Source: a bacterium (lineage in GTDB: Bacteria; UBA8248). Taken from it: 64,000 bases of DNA. Positions 1 to 8,212 of the stretch are shown here, one piece after another. The stretch is taken from contig OZ253442.1 of NCBI GenBank assembly GCA_965261085.1, positions 3,136,001 through 3,200,000 of the forward strand, given 5' to 3'. A program made the translations under genes and the position numbers. Within the stretch, counting starts at the first letter, position 1; each line of letters begins with the position of its first letter. The notes below the pieces were generated by a model. That model was not told where the DNA came from, ran no database searches, and worked only from the letters and a program-made list of their open reading frames with translations.

Positions 1-127
1 CTTTGGGCTCGACGAAGAAGACCCCATCTTTCATCTCTTTCTTCTCGGCCCCTTGCGCATATCCCGCAAACGCCAGAACCGCCGCGAATCCTAATGCGAA
101 CAACCCGAAGAACACCCGTCTGCTCAT
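1..127 (-). CDS. 5' part of a secreted protein, probably DUF4399 family (runs off the window edge)
   Basis: ATG at 127 after an AAGGAG RBS; reads MSRRVFFGLFALGFAAVLAFAGYAQGAEKKEMKDGVFFVEPK (signal peptide plus a VFFVEPK motif typical of DUF4399 N-termini). Not in the ORF track. Confidence 0.6.
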   Translation of the reverse strand, partial: MSRRVFFGLFALGFAAVLAFAGYAQGAEKKEMKDGVFFVEPK

Positions 128-364
128 TTCGAACTCCTTTCCGGCTCCCGCTAGAAGAGCCTTGAAAAATACGCGAAGGGCGATACGCCCGGAAGTGATT
201 CGAGAAATCCGCATCAGTATATCGCAAAGAGAGTCCGAGTCCATGAAATACTCGCATCGCTCCTCCCTTGAGAGTCAAATCCGACCGGGGCGGGAGGGGG
301 TTTGCGATTTTTGTCGGAATGATGGCAGAGGGCTCCCCGATCTTCGCGAGAGGAATTGCTTGTT

Positions 365-451
365 GTAGGGGTCGCATATATGCGACCCGGCTTTTTCGCC
401 TTCCGTCCTTGGGCCGCATATATGTGTGGCGGACATATATGTCCGACCTAC
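365..451. repeat. REP-like inverted doublet (GTAG-type REPIN)
   Basis: GTAG followed by the perfect palindrome GGGTCGCATATATGCGACCC (369-388); oppositely oriented CGGACATATATGTCCG...CTAC ends at 451; a third degenerate CGCATATATGTG lies between them. Confidence 0.55.
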
Positions 452-471
452 AAGTCAATACCGATCGAGGA

Positions 472-662
472 GGGGTTGTTGAAAAAGACCCCTTTTTAGA
501 GAGTAGAGGGGACACCCCTTTCGACTGGTAAAAGCAACCCCCCTGCCCCCCTTGTCAGGGGGGTAAAGGCGATGCCCCCCGACGAGGGGGTGGAAGAAAA
601 GCCCCCCTGACAAGGGGGGACAGGGGGGTTACTCCCTTGACAAAGGCTTTTTCAACAGCCCC
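472..662. mobile_element. MITE (non-autonomous element) with 18-bp terminal inverted repeats and 5-bp target-site duplication
   Basis: Left end GGGGTTGTTGAAAAAGAC (472-489) vs right end reverse-complement GGGGCTGTTGAAAAAGCC (645-662); GAGGA directly flanks both ends (467-471, 663-667); internal inverted repeat 536-563/601-630. Confidence 0.7.
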
Positions 663-735
663 GAGGAATGAGGAATTGACCCTCAAGGGGGGCGTGATTA
701 GAACCGTGTATCCTCCAATTTTCCCGGAGCGGCCA

Positions 736-1500
736 TCACTCGCGCGCGCCGCGCGTTTTCAGTACCCGTATCACTTCTTCGAAGGGCGCCTTGTTTCCCT
801 GGTTCGCTTGCACCTGAAAGCGGGCTGCTCCCAGGGGCGTCTGCCCGCGCTCGTCTTTCGCGTTCACGTCCGCACCCGCATCGAGCAGGGTCTGCGCGGC
901 GGCCGCCCCTCCACCGAAAGCCGCCAAGTGAAGCGGGGTCCTTCCGTGCTCATCGTCCTTTTCCCCTATCTTCGCACCGCCCTTGAGCAGCACCTTGACT
1001 GCCGCTACTTGTCCGTTTCCCGCCGCGATGTGGAGCGGCGTCATCCCAAGCCTGTCTTTCGCGTTCACCTCCGCCCCGCCCGAGAGCAGAGCCTCCATGC
1101 TCGCCGCGCGTCCTTTTATCGCGGCCCCGTGAAGAGCGGTCGATTCCTGGTTGTCCCTCCCGTTGGGCTCGGCCCCGCCGCGCAACAAAGCCTCGACCGC
1201 CGCCTTGTGTCCCTGAAACGCCGCCCAATCGAGCGGGGCCTTTCCTATCTTGTCTCTCAAATTCGCGTCCGCACCGCCGGCGACGAGCGTCTCGATGCCC
1301 GCTGCGCGCCCCTTGATGGCCGCAAGGTGAAGCGGGGTCATCCCCACGTGGTTGCGCGCGTTCGCGTCCGCCCCGCCTGAAAGCAGGGTTTTAATCTGGG
1401 CCACCTCGCCCTTGAACGCCGCCCCGTGAAGCGGAGCCGCCAGCGCGGGGGAGGCCCACAGGCAAATCGCAAGAGCCACAAAAATCAATCGGCGGAGCAT
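736..1500 (-). CDS. Secreted ankyrin-repeat protein
   Basis: N-terminal signal peptide (..ASPALA); six full and one partial TPLHxAA..G ankyrin repeats with GADxN linkers. Confidence 0.92.
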   Translation of the reverse strand: MLRRLIFVALAICLWASPALAAPLHGAAFKGEVAQIKTLLSGGADANARNHVGMTPLHLAAIKGRAAGIETLVAGGADANLRDKIGKAPLDWAAFQGHKAAVEALLRGGAEPNGRDNQESTALHGAAIKGRAASMEALLSGGAEVNAKDRLGMTPLHIAAGNGQVAAVKVLLKGGAKIGEKDDEHGRTPLHLAAFGGGAAAAQTLLDAGADVNAKDERGQTPLGAARFQVQANQGNKAPFEEVIRVLKTRGARE

Positions 1501-1531
1501 AATATACCCTCCGTATCCAGGGGGCCGTCCA

Positions 1532-1906
1532 TCACACCGGAATGTACGCCCCGGTGAACTCCATCAAATCATCCCGCCGGGGGCTGAAAATCTGAAGGTC
1601 CTGGGAGCCGTCTTCCAGGGCCTTGAGCCAGTGCTCTACGTTTGATTTGCACACCACCACCTCGCCCGCGCCCACCTCGCGCTCCTCCTCACCCTCGACG
1701 CGGAACAAAAAGCGCCCGCGCTGGATGAAGGACATCTGCTCGTGGGGATGTTTGTGGGCGGCGACCTCCGAGCCTTCCGAGAAGGTCCACAGCGCGAGCG
1801 TCTGGTTCTCGCCCACTATCATCTGGAGTTCGATGACGCTCTCGGGCGGAATGTTCTCGTGGATGATGCGCATCCGGGGAATATCGTTCCATCGCTGAAA
1901 GATCAT
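1532..1906 (-). CDS. Cupin domain protein
   Basis: HKHPHEQ and SNVEH cupin metal-binding motifs; GGAGGGAG RBS. Confidence 0.85.
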   Translation of the reverse strand: MIFQRWNDIPRMRIIHENIPPESVIELQMIVGENQTLALWTFSEGSEVAAHKHPHEQMSFIQRGRFLFRVEGEEEREVGAGEVVVCKSNVEHWLKALEDGSQDLQIFSPRRDDLMEFTGAYIPV

Positions 1907-1994
1907 GGCTCCCTCCTTTTGGTTGAAAGAACGCGAGGACTCTCGGCAGGATGTTTTTACTTTGGCTCGGCGTCAAGCGAATACCACTCCTACC

Positions 1995-2444
1995 TCACGT
2001 CTGTGCGCGCGTCCACGGGTCGATGACGGGGACGCCGGTGTTGCGGAACTCTCTCCGGTTGCGCGTGATGAGAGTAAGCCCTCGGGAAAGGGCCATTCCG
2101 GCGAGCATGGCGTCCGGTAGATGGTCGTCGAGAGGTTCGCCCCGCCTGCGTTTTTTCTCCATCACGCGGGCGCACGCCCGAGCGTCGGCGAGAGTCCAAT
2201 TGAGCACGCGCTCCTCGAACAAATCTTCGAGAATGCCCTGAAACCGCTCGGCAAGCTCCTCACGCCTTCGGCTCGGCTGAAGACGCCCGACTCCGTCGAG
2301 TATCTCCCAGACGGTAATGGAGGCGAGAGCGATTCCCTCTCCGGCAATTGCGTCGATACAGACCACGACCTTCGGCTCCGGGTTCGGGCGCATCATTTCA
2401 GAGACGACATTGGTGTCGAGCAGATAGGTAAGAGGCTCGTTCAC
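1995..2444 (-). CDS. vapC: Type II toxin, PIN domain (VapC/FitB family)
   Basis: YLLDTNVVSE...PDAMLAGMA...LITRN PIN motifs; overlaps the upstream antitoxin. Confidence 0.92.
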   Translation of the reverse strand: MNEPLTYLLDTNVVSEMMRPNPEPKVVVCIDAIAGEGIALASITVWEILDGVGRLQPSRRREELAERFQGILEDLFEERVLNWTLADARACARVMEKKRRRGEPLDDHLPDAMLAGMALSRGLTLITRNRREFRNTGVPVIDPWTRAQT

Positions 2445-2698
2445 GCCTCCTCCCCATCACCCAGGTCGAGCGGGCGGTAGCCATAGCGGACGGGTGGCGG
2501 CAGTTCCACCCCGTGCTCCGGCCCGAAAAACCGCTTGAATACCTCCGAGGGTTTTGCGCGGCTTTCAGTCTTTTCGCGTCTTTCGTGGATGAGACGGCGA
2601 ACGAACTCCTCCATCGAGACCCCGAGCCGCCGCGCTTCTCTTTTGATCCAGGCCTTGTCCCCTTCATCCATATTCCGAACGGTAATAGCTGTGCTCAT
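2441..2698 (-). CDS. FitA-like ribbon-helix-helix antitoxin
   Basis: MSTAITVRNMDE...ARRLGVSMEEFVRRLI matches the FitA pattern; ATG at 2698 with AAGGAG RBS; coupled to vapC. Confidence 0.85.
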   Translation of the reverse strand: MSTAITVRNMDEGDKAWIKREARRLGVSMEEFVRRLIHERREKTESRAKPSEVFKRFFGPEHGVELPPPVRYGYRPLDLGDGEEA

Positions 2699-2747
2699 CG
2701 AATGGTCTCCTTCTCCCGTATTCAAGCACAATATCAACCGAACGAAA

Positions 2748-2768
2748 TGCTAGCATATTTTGCTATCA
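2748..2768. promoter_or_regulatory. Putative antitoxin operator (FitA-type half sites)
   Basis: TGCTAGCA-TATTT-TGCTATCA just upstream of the antitoxin; TGCTATCA is the half-site known for Neisseria FitAB. Confidence 0.55.
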
Positions 2769-2794
2769 CAGGCAAAAGCGCATTTTCCCTACCC

Positions 2795-4000
2795 CTACCC
2801 CACACCCTCGCCCGCCATGAAGCGCGAGATTTCCTCCTCCGGCCAGCCGAGCCATTCACCGAGCACTTCGGCGGTGTGCTCACCCAGCAGGGGCGGCGGC
2901 TTCACCTCGGCCTGAGCACCACTCATGATCCACGGCGCGCCCACCACGCGAATCTCACCCGATACGGGGTGTTCGACTTCTTTGATGAGGCCCCGGTGCG
3001 CGATTTGGGGGTCTGAGAGCGCGCGCGTGTAGTCGTTCACCGGGGAGAAGCCCACGCGCTCGGCTTCTAAGCGCTGCTCCCATTCGGCCATCGTGCGCGA
3101 GGCGAAAATCTTGGACACCCGCTCGTTGATGGCGTCCCGGTTCGCCACGCGCGCCCGCGCGGTGGAAAAGCGCGGGTCCTCCAACCAGTCCTCCACCCCC
3201 AGCGCGCGGCAAAAGCCCGGCCAGAAGCCGTCGTGCTGCACGATGACGGTCACGTACTCCCCATCGCTCGTTTTATAGGTGTTCGCGGGCACGCGCATGG
3301 GGTTCTGGTTCCCGTGCCGACTGGGCGCGACGCCCGCCTGGAGCGTCTCGCCCATGCGCGGCCCAAGAGCCGCCACCATGGCGTCCTGAATGCTCACGTC
3401 GATGTAGCGCCCCGCGCCCTCGCGCCGCACCGCATGAAGCGCGCTCACGATGGCGTAGGCGGAGAACATGCCCGCCAGCACGTCGGCGAGCGGTGCGCCT
3501 ATCTGGGTGGGGTCCTCCATGCCCGTCACGCTCATGACGCCCGAGACGGCCTGTAGAATCGGGTCGATCCCCACGCGGTCGCGGTAGGGGCCGCTTTGGC
3601 CGAAGCCCGAGAGCGAGCAATAGACGATTTTGTGGTTCATCGCGCGCGCATCCTCCCAGCCGAGGCCGAGTTCGGCCAGCTTGCCGGGCGCCATGTTCTC
3701 GATGAGCGCGTCCGCCTCCCCCGCCAGGGCGCGCACGGCGTCCCTGCCCGCGCTCGTCTTCATGTTGATGGCGACGCTTTTTTTCGAGCGGTTGTTCGCA
3801 TAGAAATAATCCTCGTGTTCCTCGCGATCCTTGTAGCGGGTGATGCGGCGCGTGTCGTCCCCGAAACCGGGGCGTTCTATCTTCACCACCTCGGCCCCCA
3901 TGTCGGCCAGCATGGTGGCGCAGAAAGGACCCGCGATGACCTGGGTGAAATCCAGCACCCGGAACCCGCTCAGGGGTGCTGCTGCTTCTGGTTCGGACAT
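2795..4000 (-). CDS. Family III CoA-transferase (CaiB/BaiF)
   Basis: LSGFRVLDF..IAGPF..LADMGAEVVKIERPG, NRSKKS, PLADVLAG and C-terminal PPLLGEHT motifs. Confidence 0.93.
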   Translation of the reverse strand: MSEPEAAAPLSGFRVLDFTQVIAGPFCATMLADMGAEVVKIERPGFGDDTRRITRYKDREEHEDYFYANNRSKKSVAINMKTSAGRDAVRALAGEADALIENMAPGKLAELGLGWEDARAMNHKIVYCSLSGFGQSGPYRDRVGIDPILQAVSGVMSVTGMEDPTQIGAPLADVLAGMFSAYAIVSALHAVRREGAGRYIDVSIQDAMVAALGPRMGETLQAGVAPSRHGNQNPMRVPANTYKTSDGEYVTVIVQHDGFWPGFCRALGVEDWLEDPRFSTARARVANRDAINERVSKIFASRTMAEWEQRLEAERVGFSPVNDYTRALSDPQIAHRGLIKEVEHPVSGEIRVVGAPWIMSGAQAEVKPPPLLGEHTAEVLGEWLGWPEEEISRFMAGEGVG

Positions 4001-4063
4001 CTCTCCCTCAACGTATGAAACCGGCGCGACGTAAGGCGGAAGACCTCATCGCCCCGGCTTATT
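3984..4063. repeat. 80-bp exact direct repeat, copy 1 (copy 2 at 5009-5088)
   Basis: GCTTCTGGTTCGGACAT...GCCCCGGCTTATT is identical at both positions; covers the CoA-transferase start codon and upstream region. Confidence 0.9.
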
Positions 4064-4433
4064 CATAGATAGATGAATATGAAAACTATATTGTTATGCT
4101 CGCGATGCGCGCCCTAGCGCGCATGGTGCCCGGGGCCGGTACATCGAACCATTGAATTCATTGACGCCTGACCATTTTTTAGTATCTTTTACCCTTTATT
4201 TACCCGCGATATAGTTAGACAAAAGTGTCAAGTTCGATTCCACACTATAAAGGGCCGATCTCCGCCGCGCCAGCCGCCGCCCGTTTTCAACCAAAAGAAA
4301 AACCCCCTTTGACACGATCACACGAGGGGTTTTTTGCCGCTCAAAATGGATGGATTTTTGAGCATCAATCGCGTATAGTTCTCGACGGAATAAGGTGTTT
4401 GCGTTTGCTCACCGCCCGTTTTTGAGGTGACCA

Positions 4434-4892
4434 ATGAACAGCATGGAAGTTTTTGGAAGAGTTGCGGCCAGCCCTGCCATGGAAGATTTTGGAAGAGTTG
4501 CGGCCAGCCCTGCCATGAAAGTTTTTGGAAGAGTTGCGGCCAGCCCTGCCATGAAAGTTTTTGGAAGAATTGCGGCCAGCCCTACCATGGAAGTTTTTGG
4601 AAGAGTTGCGGCCAGCCCTACCATGGAAGTTTTTGGAAGAGTTGCGAGACATACAGAAGTTTTCAGAAAGATGGCGAGAGATGCGAAAGCGCACAACGAA
4701 GCTATCAGCAAGATGGCGAGAGATGCGAAAGTTCGCAGAGTTACGTTTGCATCTAGTCCGCCTACCAGAAGGGCGGCGGTTGTATACCAAGGCCTTGACG
4801 AAAAAGCGTTACATACAAAATTAGCCCAAGAAGAGAGAAAATTTGGTGCGGATTATCCAGATGCACGCTCTCAAACGGGTTTTCTTCAATAA
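4434..4892 (+). CDS. Hypothetical protein with 12-aa tandem repeats (MEVFGRVAASPA/T)
   Basis: GAGGTG RBS before ATG 4434; repeats are in frame; only credible ORF inside the element. Confidence 0.55.
   Translation: MNSMEVFGRVAASPAMEDFGRVAASPAMKVFGRVAASPAMKVFGRIAASPTMEVFGRVAASPTMEVFGRVARHTEVFRKMARDAKAHNEAISKMARDAKVRRVTFASSPPTRRAAVVYQGLDEKALHTKLAQEERKFGADYPDARSQTGFLQ
4443..4646 (+). repeat. 36-bp tandem repeat, about 5.7 copies (plus a 42-bp-period repeat at 4668-4731)
   Basis: ATGGAAGTTTTTGGAAGAGTTGCGGCCAGCCCTRCC units start at 4443, 4479, 4515, 4551, 4587 and 4623 with no spacers. Confidence 0.95.
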
Positions 4893-5008
4893 TCTCCACA
4901 TTCCCTTTTCAAAAAATGTCTAATGAGTGCGAACGAGCGAAGCGTGAGACCCAGCAAGCAAAGAAAAACCCCTACATGACACGATCAAGTGGGGGTTTTG
5001 CTTTTTCC

Positions 5009-5088
5009 GCTTCTGGTTCGGACATCTCTCCCTCAACGTATGAAACCGGCGCGACGTAAGGCGGAAGACCTCATCGCCCCGGCTTATT
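5009..5088. repeat. 80-bp exact direct repeat, copy 2
   Basis: Identical to 3984-4063. Confidence 0.9.
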
Positions 5089-5137
5089 GGACAACTGATA
5101 AACGAAGGCTACATCCTGGAAGTGCGCCTAGCGCGCA

Positions 5138-5223
5138 TGGTGCCCGGGGCCGGACTCGAACCGGCACGGCCTCTCGGCCAAGGGATTTTAAGTCCCTAGT
5201 GTCTACCATTCCACCACCCGGGC
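5138..5223 (-). tRNA. tRNA-Leu (anticodon TAA)
   Basis: GCCCGGGTGGTGGAATGGTAGACAC-TAGGGACTTAAAATCCCT-long variable arm-GGTTCGAGTCC-CCCGGGCACCA; 86 nt with encoded CCA. Confidence 0.97.
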
Positions 5224-5339
5224 AGGTGTGGGGAGAATACCCCACCAAGCGGCGTTTCCGCCACTTTGATACTTCTCGAGAGGGGGGGGGAAACTCCCAA
5301 AGGAAGCGGGAGGGCCCGCGCCCATATTCCGCAAGAGAG

Positions 5340-5383
5340 AAAAAGGCCGCGAGCGTGAGAATCAAGCCCCGCGCGCCGCGGCC
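5340..5383 (-). terminator. Possible intrinsic terminator downstream of the LVIVD gene
   Basis: GGCCGCG/CGCGGCC stem followed by a T-tract on the minus strand; loop is long. Confidence 0.35.
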
Positions 5384-5484
5384 CTAATAATTGGGAGAGA
5401 TTGATTCCTAACCCGTGTATCTCACCTCATGAAGTCCCGGAACTATCACCAGCAGGAACGCCGCCGAGCAGACAAGTATGAATG

Positions 5485-6759
5485 CTAGCCCGTGTACTCC
5501 ATGATGTGGAGACCCAGCCCCCAGCGGTCGGCCATGTAGATGAGGCCCGTATCCTTGTCCACCTGCACGTCGTTGCTCTGCGGGCAGCAGCGCTCCTTCG
5601 TGCCTGCGGGGATGTAGTAGCCCACCTCCTTCGGGCTGAAGGGGTTCGACCAGTCCACCACCCGAAGGCCTGCGTTGAACCAGCAGATGTACATGAGGTC
5701 GTCTTTCGTCATGTCGAGCCAAATGTTGTGCGCGCCGTGGCGCGAGCCCGTCTTGTTCCATTTATCATCCAGGGGCCTCATCTCGATCGGGTCGATCTCA
5801 TAGGGCATGAACGTGCTCACCGGCAGGGGCTCGTGCATGTTCCTCAAGTCGTAGAAGGTCACGAACGCCGGGGGATCGTCGCAGTTCACCGTGGTGGTCT
5901 CCTGCGTCACGATGCCGAAATCAGACCCCTCCGGCACCAGGAAGCTGTGGTAGCAGCCCGCCCAGCCGTGCGTCTCGTGCGGATTGTGGCGCCACATGAG
6001 TTCGGGTTTGGTCGGGTCGGTCAAATCGAACAGCGCGACGCCTGCGTCCCAATAGCCCGCCGTGACGTAGTTCCCCCAGGGATTCCCCTCGTGAATCCAC
6101 GCGCCGTCGCCCACGATCTCGGGGTCCCAGGAGGGCGCTTCCCCGTCTTTCTGGCCCGGAATCGTGCCCATGCCGATAAATTCGGGCGCCCAGGGGTCCT
6201 TCATGTCGTGGACGAGGAGCACCTTGCCCGCGTAGCCGTCCTTGAAGCCCGAGCTGTACATGAGCTGGCGCTTGCGGTCATAAATCGGACGGTGGATGCC
6301 GAATCCGTCCACTTCCACGTAGTTCACGAATTTGGGGTGGAACGGATCGCGATTGTCAAAAATGCGCAACCCGCCGATGGCGTCCGGGTACTGGGCGCGC
6401 AGGGAGGGTCTGAGCTCCGAGTTCGTGATCAGCACCTCGTCGTTGATGCGGAGCACCTTGTGCGTGCGCGCCGCGGGGCTGTCGACGATCTGGTTGATGA
6501 TCTTGGGATTCGCCGGGTCCTTGACGTCGAGAATCGTCATGCCGTCGTGGCCGTTCACGCCCGAGGCCGCGACGTAGCAGATGCCGCCGCCCACCTGAAT
6601 CTGGAACGCGTCGCCCCAGCCGTTCAAATCCGAATGGGCGACGAGGCGGACGTTGTGCGCCTCTTCCTTCCAGGGTTCGGTGAGCACGTGGTCAACGCCC
6701 GTGTAGGCGTCGTTGCCGCCGCCGCGAATGGGGTTTGGGTGATACGAGGGTCTGGGCAT
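5485..6759 (-). CDS. LVIVD-repeat (beta-propeller) protein
   Basis: Repeated GMTILDVKDPANP / GLRIFD / GVALFDLTDPTKP / GLRVVDWSNP motifs; ends GLHIMEYTG. Confidence 0.85.
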   Translation of the reverse strand: MPRPSYHPNPIRGGGNDAYTGVDHVLTEPWKEEAHNVRLVAHSDLNGWGDAFQIQVGGGICYVAASGVNGHDGMTILDVKDPANPKIINQIVDSPAARTHKVLRINDEVLITNSELRPSLRAQYPDAIGGLRIFDNRDPFHPKFVNYVEVDGFGIHRPIYDRKRQLMYSSGFKDGYAGKVLLVHDMKDPWAPEFIGMGTIPGQKDGEAPSWDPEIVGDGAWIHEGNPWGNYVTAGYWDAGVALFDLTDPTKPELMWRHNPHETHGWAGCYHSFLVPEGSDFGIVTQETTTVNCDDPPAFVTFYDLRNMHEPLPVSTFMPYEIDPIEMRPLDDKWNKTGSRHGAHNIWLDMTKDDLMYICWFNAGLRVVDWSNPFSPKEVGYYIPAGTKERCCPQSNDVQVDKDTGLIYMADRWGLGLHIMEYTG

Positions 6760-6874
6760 GTTTCCTCCATCTAGGAATGAATGAGGTCGAACGAAGTGAA
6801 CTGTTCAGATTCGCCGGGCATTCTATGGGAACAATGCTGGATTGGAAAAGCGCCTGATGGGATTTTTTTCGGAA

Positions 6875-7996
6875 TTACTCTTCTCTGAACAGGCGGATGA
6901 AATCCTCGAAAGGAGCGGGCGGCGACTTGCCCACTTCCATGTTCTCGACGACGTGGGCCATCTGGCGCATCCCCACCAGGGCGACGGCCACGCCGGGCGC
7001 GCTGCGGGTGAACTGGATCGCGCGCTGCCCGTCGGTGGAAAACCCCGGAAACACCTCCCCTATCACGGGGGGAAGCCCATCAGCCGCCTGTCCCTGGAGT
7101 ATCGAGCCGCTCGTCATGACGGTGACGCCGTTTTTGGCCGCGGCGGCCAGAAAGCACGTCGTCTCACCGTCCAGGGCCTGATTCGGCTTGGAGAAGGCCT
7201 CCGGCATGCCCAGGTTCAGCGGCAGTTGAACCACCCTGAAGTGGTGATCCTCCCCGCCGGCGGCCCGCGCCGCACCCAGAACCTCTTCCAGCGATAGATA
7301 CTCTCCCTCGCCCGGCTCCATGCGGTATCCGTTCCATGTGGCCGTGCCGTAACTCCTGATCTTCCCCTCGGCCACGGCGCCCTCGAGCGACTCGAAGGCG
7401 TCGCGCAGGCGGCTTAGGAAAACCTCGCGCGACACTTCCTGGAGCTGCGTCTCGGGGTTGTGCACATAGTAGACGTCGATGGTCTCGACCCCCAGGTTCT
7501 CGAGGCTCGCGTCGAGTTCATGCCTGATATACGCGGGCGTCATGCAGTGGCAGTTCGCGACGATGTCTTTAGGCTCACAAACCCCGGGCTCGAAATAGGT
7601 TTTCCTCATGTAGTCGGTGAAATCCGCCTGGCCTTGCGGCGGATGGGTATCGAAGGGAATGAACCCTCCCTTGGTGCATATGGCCAGCGCCTCCCTGCCC
7701 ACCTCGCCCCCGGCGAACAAATCGTCCAGAGCCGCGCGGATGTTCCTCTCGCTGCGCTGGAAGCGGTAGTTCACCGCCGTGTCGATGACGTTGCACCCGC
7801 CCCGGACGGCGGCGGCCACGGATTCGCGATAGGCCGCGTCTGTCGCCTCGTCCGCTTCCCCGAGATAGGTGCCGATACCGATGGAGGAGAGCCAAAGCCC
7901 CCCCAGTTGCCTGAAATGCTCAGGGTGTAAGACGGACGAGTGGGCTTGCGCGTAGCTTTTTGTACCCTCGGTCGTGGCGAAACCTGCGTGGGCCAA
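6875..7996 (-). CDS. Aldo/keto reductase family protein
   Basis: SSIGIGT, IDTAVNY, CTKGG, SLENLGVETIDVYYVHNP and AIQF...ALVGM..AHVVEN motifs. Confidence 0.9.
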   Translation of the reverse strand: MAHAGFATTEGTKSYAQAHSSVLHPEHFRQLGGLWLSSIGIGTYLGEADEATDAAYRESVAAAVRGGCNVIDTAVNYRFQRSERNIRAALDDLFAGGEVGREALAICTKGGFIPFDTHPPQGQADFTDYMRKTYFEPGVCEPKDIVANCHCMTPAYIRHELDASLENLGVETIDVYYVHNPETQLQEVSREVFLSRLRDAFESLEGAVAEGKIRSYGTATWNGYRMEPGEGEYLSLEEVLGAARAAGGEDHHFRVVQLPLNLGMPEAFSKPNQALDGETTCFLAAAAKNGVTVMTSGSILQGQAADGLPPVIGEVFPGFSTDGQRAIQFTRSAPGVAVALVGMRQMAHVVENMEVGKSPPAPFEDFIRLFREE

Positions 7997-8182
7997 TTTT
8001 ATACTCTCTCCGTGATTGCGCCTTCACTCGGCGGAACCACCCGGCTCGCGCATCTGGAGTGCGGCGCAAGTGTTTTCTTCCGGCGATTCGGGTGTGAGAC
8101 GGGGCCATCCTACACATATTTGCGCCGAAAGGCGATGCGTCGGCTCAAAATACTCCCGAGCGGGCCGCGAAAAATTGCCGTC

Positions 8183-8212
8183 TTGACATGGCATCGCCGT
8201 ATCATCAATAAT
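8183..8212 (+). promoter_or_regulatory. Possible sigma70 promoter for coxSLM
   Basis: TTGACA (8183-8188), 18 nt, AATAAT (8207-8212). Confidence 0.35.

Larger units (their letters stand above)
4113..5153. mobile_element. Decayed tRNA-Leu-integrated element (att-flanked, no integrase)
   Basis: 27-bp direct repeat CCTAGCGCGCATGGTGCCCGGGGCCGG (4113-4139, 5127-5153) contains the tRNA 3' end; the interval is visibly AT-richer than its flanks. Confidence 0.7.

Noticed and set aside
4224-4246. AGTGT-CAAGTTCGATTCC-ACACT as a second tRNA fragment
   Set aside because: Only a T-loop-like word; no acceptor, D or anticodon arms can be built.
4443-4646. 36-bp repeats as a CRISPR array
   Set aside because: Units are head-to-tail with no spacers, are in frame within an ORF, and no cas genes are present.
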